Shown here in pieces: positions 63,336 through 64,000 of a stretch of 64,000 nt of DNA. The stretch's first letter is position 1. Every line of letters begins with the position of its first letter. The stretch comes from an uncultured delta proteobacterium (GTDB lineage: Bacteria; Desulfobacterota; Binatia; Binatales; Binataceae): the NCBI GenBank assembly GCA_963724765.1, contig CAVRVY010000004.1, positions 416,001-480,000 of the forward strand. Direction: 5' to 3'. The notes beneath the pieces are model-generated. The model ran no database searches. It saw nothing but the letters and a program-made list of their open reading frames with translations, and was not told the DNA's origin. The translations under genes were made by a program, and so were the position numbers.

Positions 63336-64000
63336 TTACCGGTGAATCTGCTCCAAACTGCTCACGTCGTAGAGCTTGGACACGTGCTGCGCCGTCACTG
63401 TAGGAAATCCGAGGCCGTAGATCGGATTTAGCGTGGCGCGATGGTTCTGCAGGTCCATCACGGCGATGGTCTGAAAGTCGGTGGCCCTGACGCCCTTGTT
63501 GATACGTTGCAGATTCGGATCCTTGAAGTCCTCGCTCCACACCTTGGTGAATTGAAAGATCTTCCAGAGCTTGCGGCCATGGTCGAAGGCTATCAGATAG
63601 GAAGTATCCCAGTTCTGGGCGTCCCAGAAATCGATCGCACTGCTGTAAGGATGACGCGGTATAGTTGGAGTACGTTCCACCACCGCAAAGCGTCGCACAT
63701 CCCAACGGTCGTTGGGGACGATGCCGTTGGGACCGTAGTAGTGGGCATAGTCATACTTGGAACTCATCACCGCCAACATTTGCTTCCAACCCAGGAACTT
63801 CCATTTCCATTCCAATATCCGTCCCGAGAACCCATAGAAATCTTCCAGCGTGTGATCGGTGCCGAGCAGCGAATCGGACTTGACCTCGACTGAGATCCGC
63901 CGCACGCGGCGCAACACTGGCAGATAGGCCCAGGCGTCGTCCTGCCGGCGCGGGTCTGCGTACCGGTAAACTATGAAGGCGGTGCCGCGAATATCGAACG
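63336..64000 (-). CDS. DUF1329 family protein (5' end outside the window)
   Basis: Frame open from the window edge: FDIRGTAFIVYRYADPRRQDDAWAYLPVLRRVRRIS, DFYGFSG, HPYS, FDHGRKLWK. Confidence 0.85.
   Translation of the reverse strand, partial: FDIRGTAFIVYRYADPRRQDDAWAYLPVLRRVRRISVEVKSDSLLGTDHTLEDFYGFSGRILEWKWKFLGWKQMLAVMSSKYDYAHYYGPNGIVPNDRWDVRRFAVVERTPTIPRHPYSSAIDFWDAQNWDTSYLIAFDHGRKLWKIFQFTKVWSEDFKDPNLQRINKGVRATDFQTIAVMDLQNHRATLNPIYGLGFPTVTAQHVSKLYDVSSLEQIHR

Overview
High-GC bacterial chromosome segment. The gene content and order (ftsH-folP-cdaA-cdaR-glmM-pdxJ-nnr-tsaE-lysC-cimA, CxxxY-type ccm operon, DUF1329 and YCF48 genes, a standalone Xis-like HTH) resemble Deltaproteobacteria-like lineages such as Ca. 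Binatota; this taxonomy is inferred. About 1-25 kb is accessory and catabolic: a partial YCF48 lipoprotein, an LLM oxidoreductase/pxpA/aminotransferase/pxpB/pxpC operon with two REP/MITE-like elements, OmpA, a beta-helix gene flanked by twin hairpins, an LvaAB-like kinase operon, a secreted lytic-transglycosylase-like protein, an OYE plus DapA-like pair, a hybrid kinase, a CoA-transferase and a CmcJ/NvfI oxygenase. About 25-59 kb is mostly minus-strand housekeeping, ending in a ccm operon whose ccmC carries a +1 frameshift. The right end has an EEP nuclease, a divergent lpxA paralog, yacG and a partial DUF1329 gene. I saw no rRNA, tRNA, CRISPR array, integrase or transposase. The main non-coding signal is many short, mutually unrelated tandem duplications at gene junctions. 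All assignments come from motif reading, not database searches.
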